This document shows, piece after piece, positions 49,296-62,300 of a stretch of 64,000 bases of DNA (position 1 is the first letter of the stretch; every line of letters begins with the position of its first letter). This DNA is from Callorhinchus milii. Its lineage: Eukaryota. The notes beneath the pieces are model-generated. The model did not search any database. It had not been told where the DNA came from and worked only from the letters and a program-made list of their open reading frames with translations. The stretch is taken from NCBI RefSeq assembly GCF_018977255.1, contig NW_024704742.1:92630001-92694000 (forward strand). The letters are read 5' to 3'. The position numbers were made by a program, and so were the translations under genes.

Positions 49296-49672
49296 ATGAG
49301 CGCAAACTTCCTTCAGCTGAACGTTGACAAGACGGAAGCCATACTCTTTGGCTCTCGTCAACGTCTAAAATCTCACAGCTCTCACCTCCTCCATCTACCC
49401 GACCTCCCCCTAAAACTCTCCGAACCCGTACGCAACCTAGGCGTCAGGTTCGACCCCCAATTATCCTTCCTCCCCCACATCCAGTCCCTCACCAGCACCG
49501 CCTTCTACCACCTCCGACGTATTGCCAGTCTCCGCCAATACTTCTCCCCAAAAGCTGCTGAAACCCTGGTCCATGCCTTTGTCACCTCTCAGCTGGACTA
49601 CTCCAACGCCCTCCTCGCCGGTCTCCCATCCACTACCATCCATAAAATCCAAATCATTCAAAACTCTGCCGC
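49296..49672 (+). mobile_element. L2 LINE ORF2 (RT C-terminal) internal fragment
   Basis: MSANFLQLNVDKTEAILFG...VRNLGVRFDPQLSFLPHI...AFYHLRRIASLR...AAETLVHAFVTSQLDYSNALLAGLP...IQIIQNSAA. Confidence 0.93.
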
Positions 49673-49719
49673 CTACGAATTTCTGGGGCAGAGAATTGTA
49701 CACCTATACAACCCTCTCG

Positions 49720-50525
49720 TAGAACCATAGAAATTGGCAGCACAGAAGGAGGTCATTCACCGCATCAAGTTTGCACCTTCTCTCAAAGTGATGCGTTCAT
49801 TCAATATCACTGCCTTGCCTTATCTCCTACTCTTTCAAACTTCTATCTTTCGTATATCTATATCTACTTCCCTCTTGAAATCTACAATGTACTCTGTGTC
49901 TACCATGGCAGAACATTCCACATCCCAGCATCTCTGAATGAAAACATTTTATTTACGCTCTCCTTTCGTTCTTCATGTGTCTGTATAATTGCTTGAGACA
50001 CCAAGTCCTGTATTGTGGAAATAGCCTTTCTCTATTTTACCCTGTCAAAACCCTTCATAACTCTGTCAGGTCTCCCTTCAACCTTCTCTGCTCCAATGAA
50101 AACAGACCAAACTTCTCCAATCTTTCCTCATAACTCAAGCCCCTCATCCCCAAAATCATTCTTCTAAATCTCCTCGGCACCCCCTCCAAGTCCGTAACAT
50201 TTTTCTTGAAATTAGATGTGCAAAACTGAATGCAGTATTCCAGTAACAGTCTAACCAATGATTTGTACAAAGTTATTATTGTTTTCTCCTTTGTGAGAAG
50301 AAATGCTTCCTGACCTTAGTTCTAACTGTCCTGATTCTAATTTTAAGGCTATGTCCCATTGTAATGGATCCTTCTGCTAAAGGGAAGACATATCTACTAT
50401 CTGTCAGTTCCTTTCTTATTTTAAATATCCCAATTAACCTCCTCTGCTCTAAGAAATATAACCCAGTCTACCCAACCTCTCATCATAGCTAAACCCCTTC
50501 ATTCCAGGCATTAATCTAGGGAACG
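49720..50525 (-). mobile_element. Two CR1 LINE fragments (about 49720-50272 and 50290-50525)
   Basis: Minus ORF YKSLVRLLLEYCIQF...LEGVPRRFRRMILGMRGLSYEERLEKFGLFSLEQRRLKGDL. Confidence 0.88.
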
Positions 50526-51719
50526 ATCAACGGGCACTGTCCAAGCATATCTAGTATCACCTTGTAGTAGAAGAGCTGTACAGGTATTGAATTAACCACA
50601 TGATTGTGCCTTATTATCCTTCCAGATAGGCTGTAAGGCTTGCCCTATATACTATAGCAATAATTGAGATTGCTTTGCATTTAATGCTGCAGTGGTGCAC
50701 TAATTGATTCTCTATATAATCAGTTTACTTCAAAATATTTTACTAAGCTACTTAATAGTATGATTTATTCTGCCAATCTTTATAACCAACCCTCTAGCGA
50801 CTGACTGGGTGGTGCTCAAAAGCCTGCATCACAATTGTGACTTTGAGGCGATCCATTAAACCATAGCTTTGAGGGAGTTCACACCACTCGATTCTTTGAG
50901 GGAGTGCAGCTGTCCTACGGTGACGGTACAGTGCTTGGAGAAACGTGCTAGGGGTTTATTTTAATCATAATCTTTTCAGATAACCGTGAGATACCATCCC
51001 GTTGAAAGTTGACTTCAGTCGAATTCCTTGCAGAGCTCTTGGCAACTTGGGGCATTGTGTGCGCAGTTACAGGCAGTGATGGCGGTGTCATTTTTCATAA
51101 TGCTTAATGAAGACGAATGTTTATTCTAGGAGACAAAATGGTTTGGTTTGGAGAAGTGCCAGCTTGTGTAACACGAGTAGCTGGGCTTTTGTTGAGATTT
51201 GGGGATTTACTAGTGGCTGGATTTTTGAGTGTTGAAATGTAGGATTCCACTTGCTAAATATTTTTTGAAGAAGTTTTTCCTGTTTTTATAAACCACTAGC
51301 TAACATCTTGTTTGGCACGATGACAGACAGCAATAGATAGTGCTGAAGTATTGGCTCCTCAGATATCAGGACAGGTGAGGGAAGGGTCTGATGGTTCAAA
51401 GCAATTTGCTGGCTGCAGGTTCATTTAACCCTTTCTTATTGTGATCCAATGGCTGGCCTCTGGCAGAATTTAGTCGATTTGTTTTCAGTGGCAATGCAAA
51501 AATAGGAAGGTTTGTAGGAATACGCTGGTTGCTGCAGGTACTTTCAGCCTTCAGAGTACTGTTTTCAAAATAAGTGCGTACTTTCTTCTCTTAGATTCTG
51601 GAAATTGACTGTCAGTTTCTATGGATGAGTGCAGCTGATCAGAGAATTTTATTCGTAGCCCTGAAACAACAATGTGCTTGATGCAAAGGGTTAACACACT
51701 ATCTATTGATCAGATCGTT

Positions 51720-52040
51720 GGACCTTGCATTTGGTATAGTGCCTATAACAATGAAACATCACAAAGAGGATTGCTGCCAGGTGACTGTATTTGTGGGCAA
51801 ACTCAGCAAGCATTTGCAACTGTGAAGTGAATCATCAATGTATGTGGAGCTGGTTGGCCAGGACACCAGGAGAAATTCCCTTCTCATTTTGAATAGTGTC
51901 ATGGAGTCTTTAACGTCTACTAAAAAGGCAGGCGGGACTTTGGTTTAACATCTCAGCCGAAGGACATGTTGACACTTCTGACAATGCAGCGAGCACTTTC
52001 TGCGTTGTACTGAAGTGTCAGCTTCCGAGATGGGGCTTGA
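51720..52040 (-). mobile_element. Old SacSINE1-like DeuSINE
   Basis: ggttggccaggacaccaggagaaattcccttctcattttgaatagtgtcatggagtctttaacgtc...ggtttaacatctcagccgaagg...gtactgaagtgtcagc. Confidence 0.8.
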
Positions 52041-54146
52041 GCAGACAATCCTGTGGTGCACTGAAAGTGAGTTTGTCACTGAATGCCCCTTGAGAGAAGG
52101 GGAATTTTCTGTGCAATTGGGCTTTGCTTTTTAAAAAGATCTAATCGTGAGCAGATGGTTGAGAGCATGATATCAGTTGAACCAGGCTTCTGTTTGCTGT
52201 GTAATTCAGGTACTAATCTAATTTAAGGATCTTTGCTTCAGAGGAAAGGGTAAATTCAAAGTATCTGTTGCTGTGTTTTCTCTGCTGCTGCTTTTAAAAC
52301 CTTAATATTGTTTTTTTCCCCATCCATAGTACTATAGTGAATCAATCTCCAGGCTTTTTTTAAATCTATTGTTATATCTAGAAAAGATATTTTAATCTAA
52401 ATTTTCAATGTTCTTCAAATATGTTTTTGCTTGACATGTCTCAGAGATTTGGAGGAGCTTGCAGTGCTGTTATTGTGTGTGATTATTTCAAGAACAGTAG
52501 AACATTTGTTTATAATGCACTTTGTTGTAACATGGGTTTGCTTAAAGTGTAATTGGGGGTGTGCATGCCTAACATTAAAATAAATTCAATCCAAAATGAG
52601 CCCAGAAACAGTATTGGAATGAGGTGCTATTTTGGGACACTTCACAGAGCAACTTTTGTAATCCTTCCAAATGTATTTTACAGTCATTGTATTAGACTGT
52701 AAACCAAATTCTTCATTCTCACAGCCACACACTGTAGGATTAGATTGTTCTTGATGAAGCTATAAGATATTGTCGTGATAAAGACCTTTTTTAATTATAT
52801 AAAATCGCCAGCAATATTTTACTTCATTGATTATTTTGAGTAAGTAGCAGCAATTGTAGAAGCTGAGGATTGTCATAAGTAAGTTTGAACTGCAGAGGCA
52901 TATCTGACAAAATAGATTTTGAAGAGCAGTGGATTAAAAGCATATTGATCAAGCTGTTTATCTGATGGTATCTTTAAGAGTGGGATTTAATTTTCTGACC
53001 AGGGAGTGGACTGATCAGTTGAGGTCAAGCGGGAGTCGAGAGCAGTGGTTCAAGGATCGTTTCAATAAATCCCTCCTAATTGATTGTGGGGAGATATTTT
53101 TCACTTGTCAAACGTTAATGGTTTCTTTATATTAAAACAATTGAAAAAAGTGCAGCAAGAGATTGCATGTTTGTTTGATTTACACACGTTTGAACAATCT
53201 CATAAACATTAAGATTAACCAGTCACATACCAATGGGCTTATGGCTTTATATTGGGTGTCTGATTTGACCTGAGCCTGATCCTGCACATGTAGAACATGA
53301 CCTGATTCTTCAGTGCCTTGGGACGCCCTCCCAACATGAAAGGCACTGTACACATGTAATTTTGTTGTTGTTCTGCTCCCCAACTGCCCATAAACAGTTA
53401 AAGGGATGCTGCTCCTGTAGAGTACAGCGGCGTCTGAGGTCTCAGGGCTCAATGTCTTATCTCAGACACCATCGCAGGTTTGGACTTTGGGTTCTGCTCC
53501 AGCTCAATGCTCTTCACAGGACAGGAATAAAGCATCCAGTTCGTGTGTTACAAGTAAAGGGTCCATTAGTAAAGGCGGGATTGGTGCCCAAAGCTTGATT
53601 TTGTGTGCATAATCGTCAGGGCATTTGCTGATGCACAGAGCAACAGATACCTTTGATCGTTGTAAACCACTTAAAATTTGGAGACTTTATTGAACCCTGA
53701 TTACTAACTAAATTACCCCTTGTGTTTTGTAATGTGTGTGTGTGTAGATCTAAAATCTATACTGATTCCCCTTTAGTTTGCTGATAATTCAAGTACAGCG
53801 ATGCCTATACCTAGGAGGCTTAGATTTCTCTCAGCTTTGCAGATACTCCAATACTAGTACTGAAGGTGATATATGTAGCCAGCTGATGATGTAGATAATG
53901 GCAGTTATCGTGGTATGATCCCATGATTGCTGCAGATTTACCAAGAAATAACTTTTGGGACGGATCCCAAAATGTCGTTTCAGAATGTTTGATCGTTAGA
54001 TCACTTTATCGGCTTTAGATTTCACTAAGCAACCATATTTAAGTGCTGATCTGATCAGTCACAGACACTGTTTGAGGTTGTAAGAAGGAAATTTTATTTT
54101 ATTCTCATGTCAGTGACTCAATTCGCACTCTGTCTTTTTCTTGCAG

Positions 54147-54410
54147 GTTGACTGTGATCTGAACTGGATTTTGTGCCTCCTGTTGAGATGATGGTCAGAG
54201 ATGCTGGAGGGTTTTGACTAGTTAGAAGAAAATGGTCAAGAGATATCAGTTTTTCCAGTAACTGACGCTCACCAATTTGACGACATCAATCACTTGGCAG
54301 CCTTATGTTTTGAACAGCCCTCAAGTTTTGAATGCTGCAGATGTCTGAATAGTTGAGATTTCCACTTCTGTGGTTCTGGATTTCTGGTTGTTCCAGTATT
54401 ACTGTCTGCA
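54147..54410 (+). other. 5' UTR part of the semaphorin first coding exon
   Basis: Strong acceptor tctgtctttttcttgcag|G (AG at 54145-54146). The sequence is repeat-free and continuous to the ATG at 54411. Confidence 0.7.
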
Positions 54411-54516
54411 ATGAGAAGACTGAACATGTCGCCTGTTATCTGCTGCATCCTTCTCCACTTTCTGTTGGCGTCAGCTTTGGGCTCTGTTATTCCAAGAATT
54501 GCATTGAAATACAATG
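54411..54516 (+). CDS. SEMA4D: First coding exon (35 codons + 1 nt) of a class-4 semaphorin, most like SEMA4D/CD100: signal peptide plus start of the Sema domain
   Basis: ATG at 54411 in good context (GCAATGA). Translation MRRLNMSPVICCILLHFLLASALGSVIPRIALKYN has a basic n-region, a hydrophobic h-region and an A-L-G cleavage-like site. It ends at a strong phase-1 donor ATG|GTAAGG (GT at 54517). IPRI falls at residues 27-30, as in human SEMA4D as I recall it (MRMCTPIRGLLMALAVMFGTAMAFAPIPRITWEHR|E). The next exon was not found in the window, so the paralog assignment rests on 35 aa. Confidence 0.7.
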
Positions 54517-54805
54517 GTAAGGTTCACATTTGGAGATTCACTAACTTGTTCCATCTTTGGTTTGGGTCTTATAGAGCAGTGCTAAAGCACTTAACAAAAT
54601 ATCTACCTTAGATAAATTCAATAGATTTGTGAAGAATTCCATCAATTGCTCTCTTTTTGCCAGGTTTCTTCCCTGCTGACTCTTCCTTGGGGGTAGAGTA
54701 CCAATAGTGCTGAGCAGCTTGCCTGATAACCATCTTTCAGCCTTGTAGAAATGTTGCTTTTGATCAGACTCTTTTAATCTTTCACGCGTACATGCAAGAT
54801 GGAGT

Positions 54806-55105
54806 AATAATAATCCTTACATTTGATCTGGCGCCTTATCACATCTAGACATCTCAAAGCACATCACAGAATATACTGTAAAGTGAATTGACTGTATGTT
54901 TTGTGGGCGAAACATGGCAGCCAATTGCTCACTGCAGTGTCCCACAAACAGTCTTGGATTGAGTGACCAAATTCTTAATTTTTTTTTGAGAAGGGATAAT
55001 TACACCCGGAAAAGCGATCTGCCAATCGACTTTCAACCGGTTCCTACTTACTGCTAGATAAACAGAGACGTATAGAGTAAGGAAACTTCCCCAAAGTTTT
55101 GCCCT
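54806..55105 (-). mobile_element. DeuSINE long form lacking the tRNA head, about 290 bp into the intron after the coding exon
   Basis: cccggaaaagcgatctgccaatcgactttcaaccggttcctacttactgctagataaacagag. Confidence 0.88.
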
Positions 55106-55641
55106 TGCTACTCGCTAAAGAAAATTTATCTGGAGAGGGAGGTATTAAGCAACTTCTTTTTGAGGCTGAGCTCTCCAAGGTGACATGACTGCAAAGGAAG
55201 ATTCTCTGGTGGTTTCAGTAGTCCGTAACTCAAGTCTAGACAGGTTCACATAACTCTTGGGGTACCAATCGTGTAGAACCAGCCATCCTGATTCATCGGC
55301 AGGACTTGGGAGGAGCAGACAAGTCATTGGAGACTGGGATTCCTCCTTCTCAGCCACTGTTGAACAGTGCATTTGATGTTGTGATAATTTATATTCAAAT
55401 TCTCCTGCTCCAATTTTTTTTATGGCTCCGACTAACTTGGAGCCAGCTTCTGTAAGCTCAGTTCCCATTTAAGTGAATAGGATCAAGAAGCAGGTCTTGT
55501 GTTTCTGTTTCTTTCGTTTTTGCCCTCATATATTTGTGCAACAGTTACCTTTCTCCAGTGATGCTTGGTTGAAATATTGATTTTAGAAGAAAGAGAGAGC
55601 TGTGAATATTGCAAAACAATAATAATAATCCTTGCATTTGG

Positions 55642-56400
55642 TACAACAACAACTTGCATTTATACAGCGCCCTCCATGATGGGTGGCATCTCAGAGTGCT
55701 CAACAATGGCAGAGTCCGAGGCCGAGCCAGGGGGAGGGGGAAGTTGGCCGTAGGTGCGGTGAAAGAGGAAGGTCTTCAAGCACGACCTGAAGATGGGGAA
55801 GGAGGCAGCGAGGCGAAGAGGTTGAGGGAGGGGGTTCCAAAGTTTCGGGGCGAAGTGGCTGAAGGCACGCCTGCCGGAGGTAGAGAGGAGGATTCGGGGG
55901 ACACGGAGCAGGCCGGACTGAGTAGGGCGGAGGCAGCGGGTACTGCTGAGGGGAGAGAGGAGGTTAGAGAGATAGGGGAGTGCCAAGGAATGGAGGGATT
56001 TAAACACCTGAGTGAGGATCATGAAGTCGATCCGCTCTGTGACAGGGAGCCAGTGGAGTTGGCAAGGACTGGAGTAATTGGGGTATGAAGTTTGGTGCGG
56101 GTGAGAATGCGGGCGGCGGAGTTTTGAATGAGCTGAATTTTGTGAATAGTGGAGGAGGGGAGACCGGCGAGGAGGGCGTTAGAGTAGCCCAGCCAAGAGG
56201 TGACAAAGTTACAGATAAGGATTTCGGCAGCTTTTGGGGTGAGCTATTGTCGGAGATGAGCAATGTGGTGGAGGTGGAAGAAAGTGGTGCTAGTCAGGGA
56301 CCGGATGTGGTTGAGGAAGGATACTGGGGATCGAACCTGATGCCTACGTTGCACACGGGTTCGGAGAGTTTTAAGGACAGGTTGGGTAGGTTGAGGAGGT
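55642..56400 (-). mobile_element. L2 LINE 3' portion (about 760 bp)
   Basis: Minus frame FKSLHSLALPYLSNLL...GRRAFSHFAPKLWNPLP...LKTFLFH; (CAA)n tail at about 55643. Confidence 0.92.
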
Positions 56401-56499
56401 CGGAAACAGTGATATAACATCTTTCTCGTCAGGAGGACATCTCAAAGCGCTTCAGCAACAATAACAACTTGCATTTATCTAGCACCTGTCATGCAAGTA

Positions 56500-56785
56500 G
56501 TACCCCCATTACACCAGTTCTTGCCAGGCTCCATTGGCCTGGCAAGGACCGAATGGATCGATTTCAAGATCCTATTACCCGTTTTCAAATCCCTTCATGC
56601 CATCGCACCTACCGTCCTATCCGATCTGCTTACACCCCACTCCACCACCTATTGGCTCCGCTCAGCCAGCTCCAGCCTCATGTTCGTCCCTTGCCCCCTG
56701 GCTTGGGGTCAGACTCCGCCACTGTGAAGTGTTCAAGGATGCTTTCCCGTGTGAAGGGCACTATATAAATGCAAGTTATTGTTGC
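56500..56785 (+). mobile_element. L2 LINE 3' fragment
   Basis: ITPVLARLHW...WIDFKILLPVFKSLH; tail gtgaagggcactatataaatgcaagttattgttg. Confidence 0.82.
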
Positions 56786-59700
56786 TTAACAGCAGTATGG
56801 TTTAATGTTGAGCTGGAAAGAGAGGCAAGCTAACTGAAGCCACAGTCAAAAAGGAAAGTCTTCACATGTGATTTGAAGATGGGCAAAGAGGTGGCAAGGT
56901 GACAGGGGTGGCTTGAGACAAGGTGTTCCAGAGTTTCGGGCATATCGCTGAAAGCACAGCCCCAGTGGTGGCTTCACAAGATATACTGTAAAGTGTAGTG
57001 ACTGTGTGTTTTGTAAGCTGAAGAACTGCCTCAGAATGTCTGAAGCCTAAAGAGAGCCTTGAGTTCCCCGACTTCAATTTTACATCTTTCAAAGCCGCAG
57101 GGAATCCTGCAAATCCTGGAAGTGGGGAGAGAGACCGATATTATTCCTAAGCCCACCCTGTCCTGATCCAATTCTGTTCCGAACTGGGTTCTCTGGACAG
57201 AGATCAGTAAATGGAAACCATGGCTGATTTTTTTCCCTCTCCCTAAATCTAAGAGGTTAGCTGTAGACCTCAGCTGCCGTTACAGATTTTATCACCTAAG
57301 TCGGCACAGACCAGATGAGGTTTGATCCTGCGCCTTCCACTGCTTTACTAGGCCAATGCATTTCCCCCCACCCAAATTAACGGAATTTCATAGACAACTT
57401 TAAACTGCTTTAAGTAAGTAAATAAATAAATAGGGTTGGTTTGTAATCTGATTGATTACAAGGGGTTGCTCTGAGAACTGCAGTATAGTTTGTTGATTCT
57501 AATTTTCCAATTTGCTGGTCTTCTATTCTCTTTTATTCTCGAATAATGATGTTAAAGTGAAGGGAGTTCCAGTCTCTCTCCTGTATAATTATTGGCATAG
57601 GTACAATCTCACTTTTGTATACCAGAGGCCCATTTATATTGCGGTTGCTATGTAGATCTATGGTACAGTATTTGCAAGTGCAGTCTGTTTCTGGAGCACA
57701 GAAGGTTGTCTGGGATTCCAGCAACTTGTGAGAACAGTTTCCTGCTTCCTGGCACCGAAATCATTGGTGACCTTCTCACCTGAAAGTGCTTAACCTGTTA
57801 GAGCACAGATTCTGATTTTATGGATCTGAACTACTGTATCATAACTGGATCTGATGGGATGAACGGGAACTCTAAAAACTCAGTCCTTTCACAAAAAGAA
57901 CACCAGCAGGTGATCTTTGTCATTGATGGTCCTTTGAAACATGTGGGCTCATCAATAGCACAAAGTTAATTGTGGAGTTTGATATTGCGCCTTTATCAAG
58001 ATATCTCAAAGAGCTTAACAGAATTTTACTGTGCATTGTAATGACTGTATATTTGTTGGTGAAGCCCATAGTCAAGCAGTCTGTCTCAGTAAGGACATAA
58101 CCATTGTTTGTGTAAGAAAGCAAACTTTCTGTTTTATAATGATTTGGTCTGTTACGTTATTAAAGAAATGAAAATTCACTGGGTAACTAAATTATGGATT
58201 TTACGATGAGAAGTGGACTTTTATCTACTCGTAATAAATTAATGCTGAGCGGCAATAAAGTAGAACACAATGTTTAACATTGTGAGTTTGCCTCTGGCTG
58301 CTTGTAATGTAAAACAATTTTCCCAGTTGTGAATTTTAAAAGGTTCCACTCCATGTTCAATCTCCTGATGCCTCCACAAGCGGGACATCTGATTACATAA
58401 CAGTGCCAGACTAGGTGATGTTCCGTATGTACACAAAGACGTTTACAATATATGGCTACCAAGTATGCACAAAGCATTATTTGACATTTATGTCCGCAAT
58501 TTCTGCCATCCAAATAACTACAGTGAAACCGGGGGGGCAGGCCTGGAGGAAAATCACCTGATATCTCCCAGCCTATGCTAACATTATTTGGGTACTGAGA
58601 TTACAATGTTTTTGATGATGCACCATGCATGTGCAGAACATGTTTTCCTCACATCGACTTGCGCTTAATACAGCGCCCTCCATGGGGGTAGTGTCTCAAA
58701 ATGCTTAGGTCCTGAGGCTCGGAGTCTGGCAGTGCCGCATGTTTTGCCACACACTTTTAGCATCTGGATCTGCAGTGTACAAGTTGAGGCCACCTTGTCT
58801 GCCTCAGCAATGTGCTCAAACCCAAACCTCGGATGAGCACCTTGTAAATGTATAATTTCCAACTTCAGATAACTTTGTGGCATTAATGTTCATGCTGAAT
58901 TCAAACTTGTGTACAACAGTGCCAGTCCTTTTCCTCTGACTTGTCAAGGAAAATTCATCATTAAGAGAGTCCAGCGATGATTATTTGTGGGCAGTTGTTA
59001 GTGTTTCTGTGACTTGATGGCGATATCAATTGTTGGGGTTTTATTATTGTTACGCTGCCATTGAAGGGAAGTCTGCAGAGCCACGTCTCTTGAGTCAGCG
59101 ACAACTGACCGACATTGAACCTAATTAGTAGATTTATGCAATAAAATTATGCTGTGAAGATTTGTAATATACGAGTCCTGTTGGTAGATTAATAAAGGTT
59201 TTTGGTTTGCAGACTAAATAATTAACACTACTAAATAATCAACAACAACAAAATTACATTTATAGAGCGCCTTTCACGTTGGGAGGATGTCCCAAGGCAC
59301 TGATACACTTGCAAATTAAAACAGTAAAAAAAACGTATGGGTATCACAGGCTTGGTTGAGTTACAAATAAAAATTCACATCTGTTGAGACTTTGAATCAT
59401 CTGAGAGTTTTAGGTGGAGAAATGCCCTCATCCCTGTCATCTCGACAACGCATGCCTTGGATTACAGTGATTTAACTTGGGTGTGCCTGGTATTAAATCT
59501 AGTGCTCAATGGACTGAGCTACCCAGGTTGTTAAGAGTTGTAGGATATTAGTACAATAGTAGTACTTCTGTTGACTGGGTGAAAGGCGCTATACAAATGT
59601 AATTTTGTTGTTGACTACACCTGTACCAATTCCCAATGGCTAAGACAGTTTGTTAGAAATGAGAGGCTTGAATTTCTCTGTGATCTCAGGCCTTAGACCA

Positions 59701-61349
59701 TTGTGTTAAACAACAACAAATTAACTTGTTTAGCACCTTTCACATCGGGAGGATGTCCCACGGCGCTGGACAATCAGGGATTTAGACCCGAGCAGGGGGT
59801 TGGGATCAGGAGTGCAGGAGGGCGACCTTTATCTTTTAAAATTCACGATTGTGTGGAATTTTGGATAAATTATTAATTCAGGCCTAATTGTTTTTCTGCA
59901 GTTCTTAAAAAGGCTCCACAATTGCGTAATCAGTTCCGTTACCGTATTCCATACAATGATGTCTTTAGTCTCTGTGGTTGTGTTCAAAAAAAATCTCCAG
60001 AAATAAAACTTAAAAGTCCTTGGGTTTTTTTCTAAAAAGTTTGCAAAATGTTTGATCCAGGGCAGCTGTGAGCAAAACTACTTGCATAATGTTGTTGAAT
60101 TATATATCTTTTTGAATTAACAAATTTGTGCATTTTAAGAGTTCAGTTTTTTAAAAAAAATATATACTGATCCTTGGAGAGTTCCAGCGCGCAGGATTTG
60201 GGGCGATCTTTTCAGCTTGAACTCTCCCTGCCCTCTTCCCAGACGTCAAGACATTCCACATAAAAACCAAATGTGTGTTTCTGTGAGCGTGTCTTCGAGT
60301 GCTGCTAGGCAACAAATTGAAAGCGACCATTTACATTGTTAAAAGGAACACAGCTGTGGTGGCAAGAGAACAGGCACAGGCAAGTGCTGCTATTGGTTGA
60401 GAAACAAAATCCGTACCTGGTATAAAATTTCTGTGATTTGGTGCGTTTGTGGGAGGGGAGAAGCAAAAAGATCAAATCAAATAATTGTTTTTCCAGCGCG
60501 CTAAGGTTTTGCCAACCTTCTGAAACAGTTTGATTGAATCATTAGTTTTGCAAGTGAGTGCAGGCTCGAGGGCTCTGGGAGCTGTTTTTTTTCTTTTTCC
60601 GACTTCCTTTTCCACCTCAATTCTCTCCCCCACCCCCTCCATGCCCTTACACATCAGTCATTTGCATTGAAGCAGCTGACACTTCACTCGCTTAATGGTT
60701 TTGTGGTTGTTTCTAAGAAAGCTATTTGAGTTCCCTAAAGGTGTGGCTGGTCTGTGTTCCTACAGGTTGCTGTTCCTGTTCTGTTTTCAAGCCTATTTGT
60801 TCTTATTTAGCAATCTAAAGAGCTTCCTCCACGTGGAGCTTTGCATATCATACGACCAGATGCAAAGTGCTCCTTTCAAGGTGTCTGCAAGTCAATGAGC
60901 CCCCCCCGTAATCTCCCTTACCACGATTTGTGGTATGGTTTCATGAGCCTATCAGACTCGCTGACCTGGCTTCCCCTCTATATTGCTCTGCATAACTTGG
61001 CACAGAATGGCCTAGCAAGCTCCACTTGGCTCTTGGCATCCATCTTCCAGGAAAGGAGAGATGCCACAGCAGCTGCTATACTGTCTGACCGCCATCCAAC
61101 CCACAATCCACTGTCTATGACCTGCCAGCATTAAATAAATTTGACCTTGAACATCCAGGGACTCAGACTGGTTACTGTGGTTCCCAGTTGTCCAGACCCA
61201 TCATGATTGTACATGTAAGTAACAAGAAATTGGGTTTCAGTTTTTTTTTAGGAAGAGTTTGTGTGGGGGGGCATGATTTGCAGTAATCTTAGAAAAGGGT
61301 TATTAACCAGCTCATATCAGTCGAACTGAAATTGCCACTTTCAGCTTTA

Positions 61350-61618
61350 TAATAATAATCCTTGCATTTGATATAGTGCTTTTCACGTCTTCCAGACGTC
61401 TCAAAAGGCTTCACAGAATATACTGTAAAGTGAATTGACTGTATATTTGTGGGCGAAACGTGGCAGCCAATTGCGCACAGCAGTGTCCCACAAACAGGCG
61501 TAGATTGAAAATGACCAATTTTTATTATTTTGTTTTTTTGGAGGGATTATTATTAGGCGTGTGGAGTAAGGAAACTTGCCCAAGGTTTCGCCCTGCCTGG
61601 AATTGAACTCGGGTCTCT
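61350..61618 (-). mobile_element. DeuSINE short form, older tail variant, 5' half of tRNA head missing
   Basis: Short junction ggattattattaggcgtgtggag; tail cacgtcttccagacgtctc. Confidence 0.92.
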
Positions 61619-62029
61619 TGGGATTCTCATTCGAAAGCAACAAAATAGAAGGAAGTGATATCTATCAAAGGGATGGGATGAATTCCTAATCCAATGTGAT
61701 AATGATAATCACTTGCATTGATATAGCACCTTTTACACATTATAAACATGAAGAACAAATTATTACTGATTAGAAATTAAGTGGATGTTGTATAGCAAAT
61801 GCTGCAGCTAAGAATAATAATCCTTCCATTTAATATAGCTCCTTATTACACCTTCAAGACGTCTCAAAGCGCTTCACAGAATATACTGTAATGTGAATTT
61901 ACTGTATATTTTGTGGGTGAAACTATGTCAGCAACATCTTATCCATAAAAGAAATCATAAAACATGATATGGTCAAAAGATAACTGAACTAAAATCTGAG
62001 TTGCTGCCTAGGTTACATTATTCTAATTA

Positions 62030-62300
62030 TAATGTGGTCGTCTAGGCTGATACTCCAATGCAATTTCTGGGGCCCTGCTGCATTCTCAGAGGTGCAGTCC
62101 TTCAGATGAGACATTAATACTGAGGTTTTGTCTACCTGTTCAGGATGTTAAAGATCACATAGCACTATTCAATAAGGGAGTTTCTCCCGGTGTCCTGACC
62201 AACAAACCCCAGAGCAAAGGTACATAACCAAAAGTGGTCATTCACTTCATGGCTGTTTGTGGGATATTGCTGTGCACAAACTGACTACCATATTCCTTCC
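62030..62300 (+). mobile_element. Old SacSINE1-like DeuSINE fragment
   Basis: tctaggctgatactccaatgca...gttaaagatcacatagcactattc...ggagtttctcccggtgtcctgaccaac...ggctgtttgtgggatattgctgtgcacaaa. Confidence 0.8.

Noticed and set aside
54517..54611. C-terminal part of the 66-aa ORF 54411-54611
   Set aside because: Read-through into the intron past the GTAAGG donor.
60837..60872. Hairpin ctttgcat...atgcaaag as a miRNA or ncRNA
   Set aside because: The stem is too short for a pre-miRNA and is compatible with chance.
59901..60890. Second semaphorin coding exon at acceptor-like sites near 59900 and 60765
   Set aside because: Phase-1 translations hit stops and lack Sema-domain motifs (NYS...LY.GAR); the next exon is probably beyond 64000.
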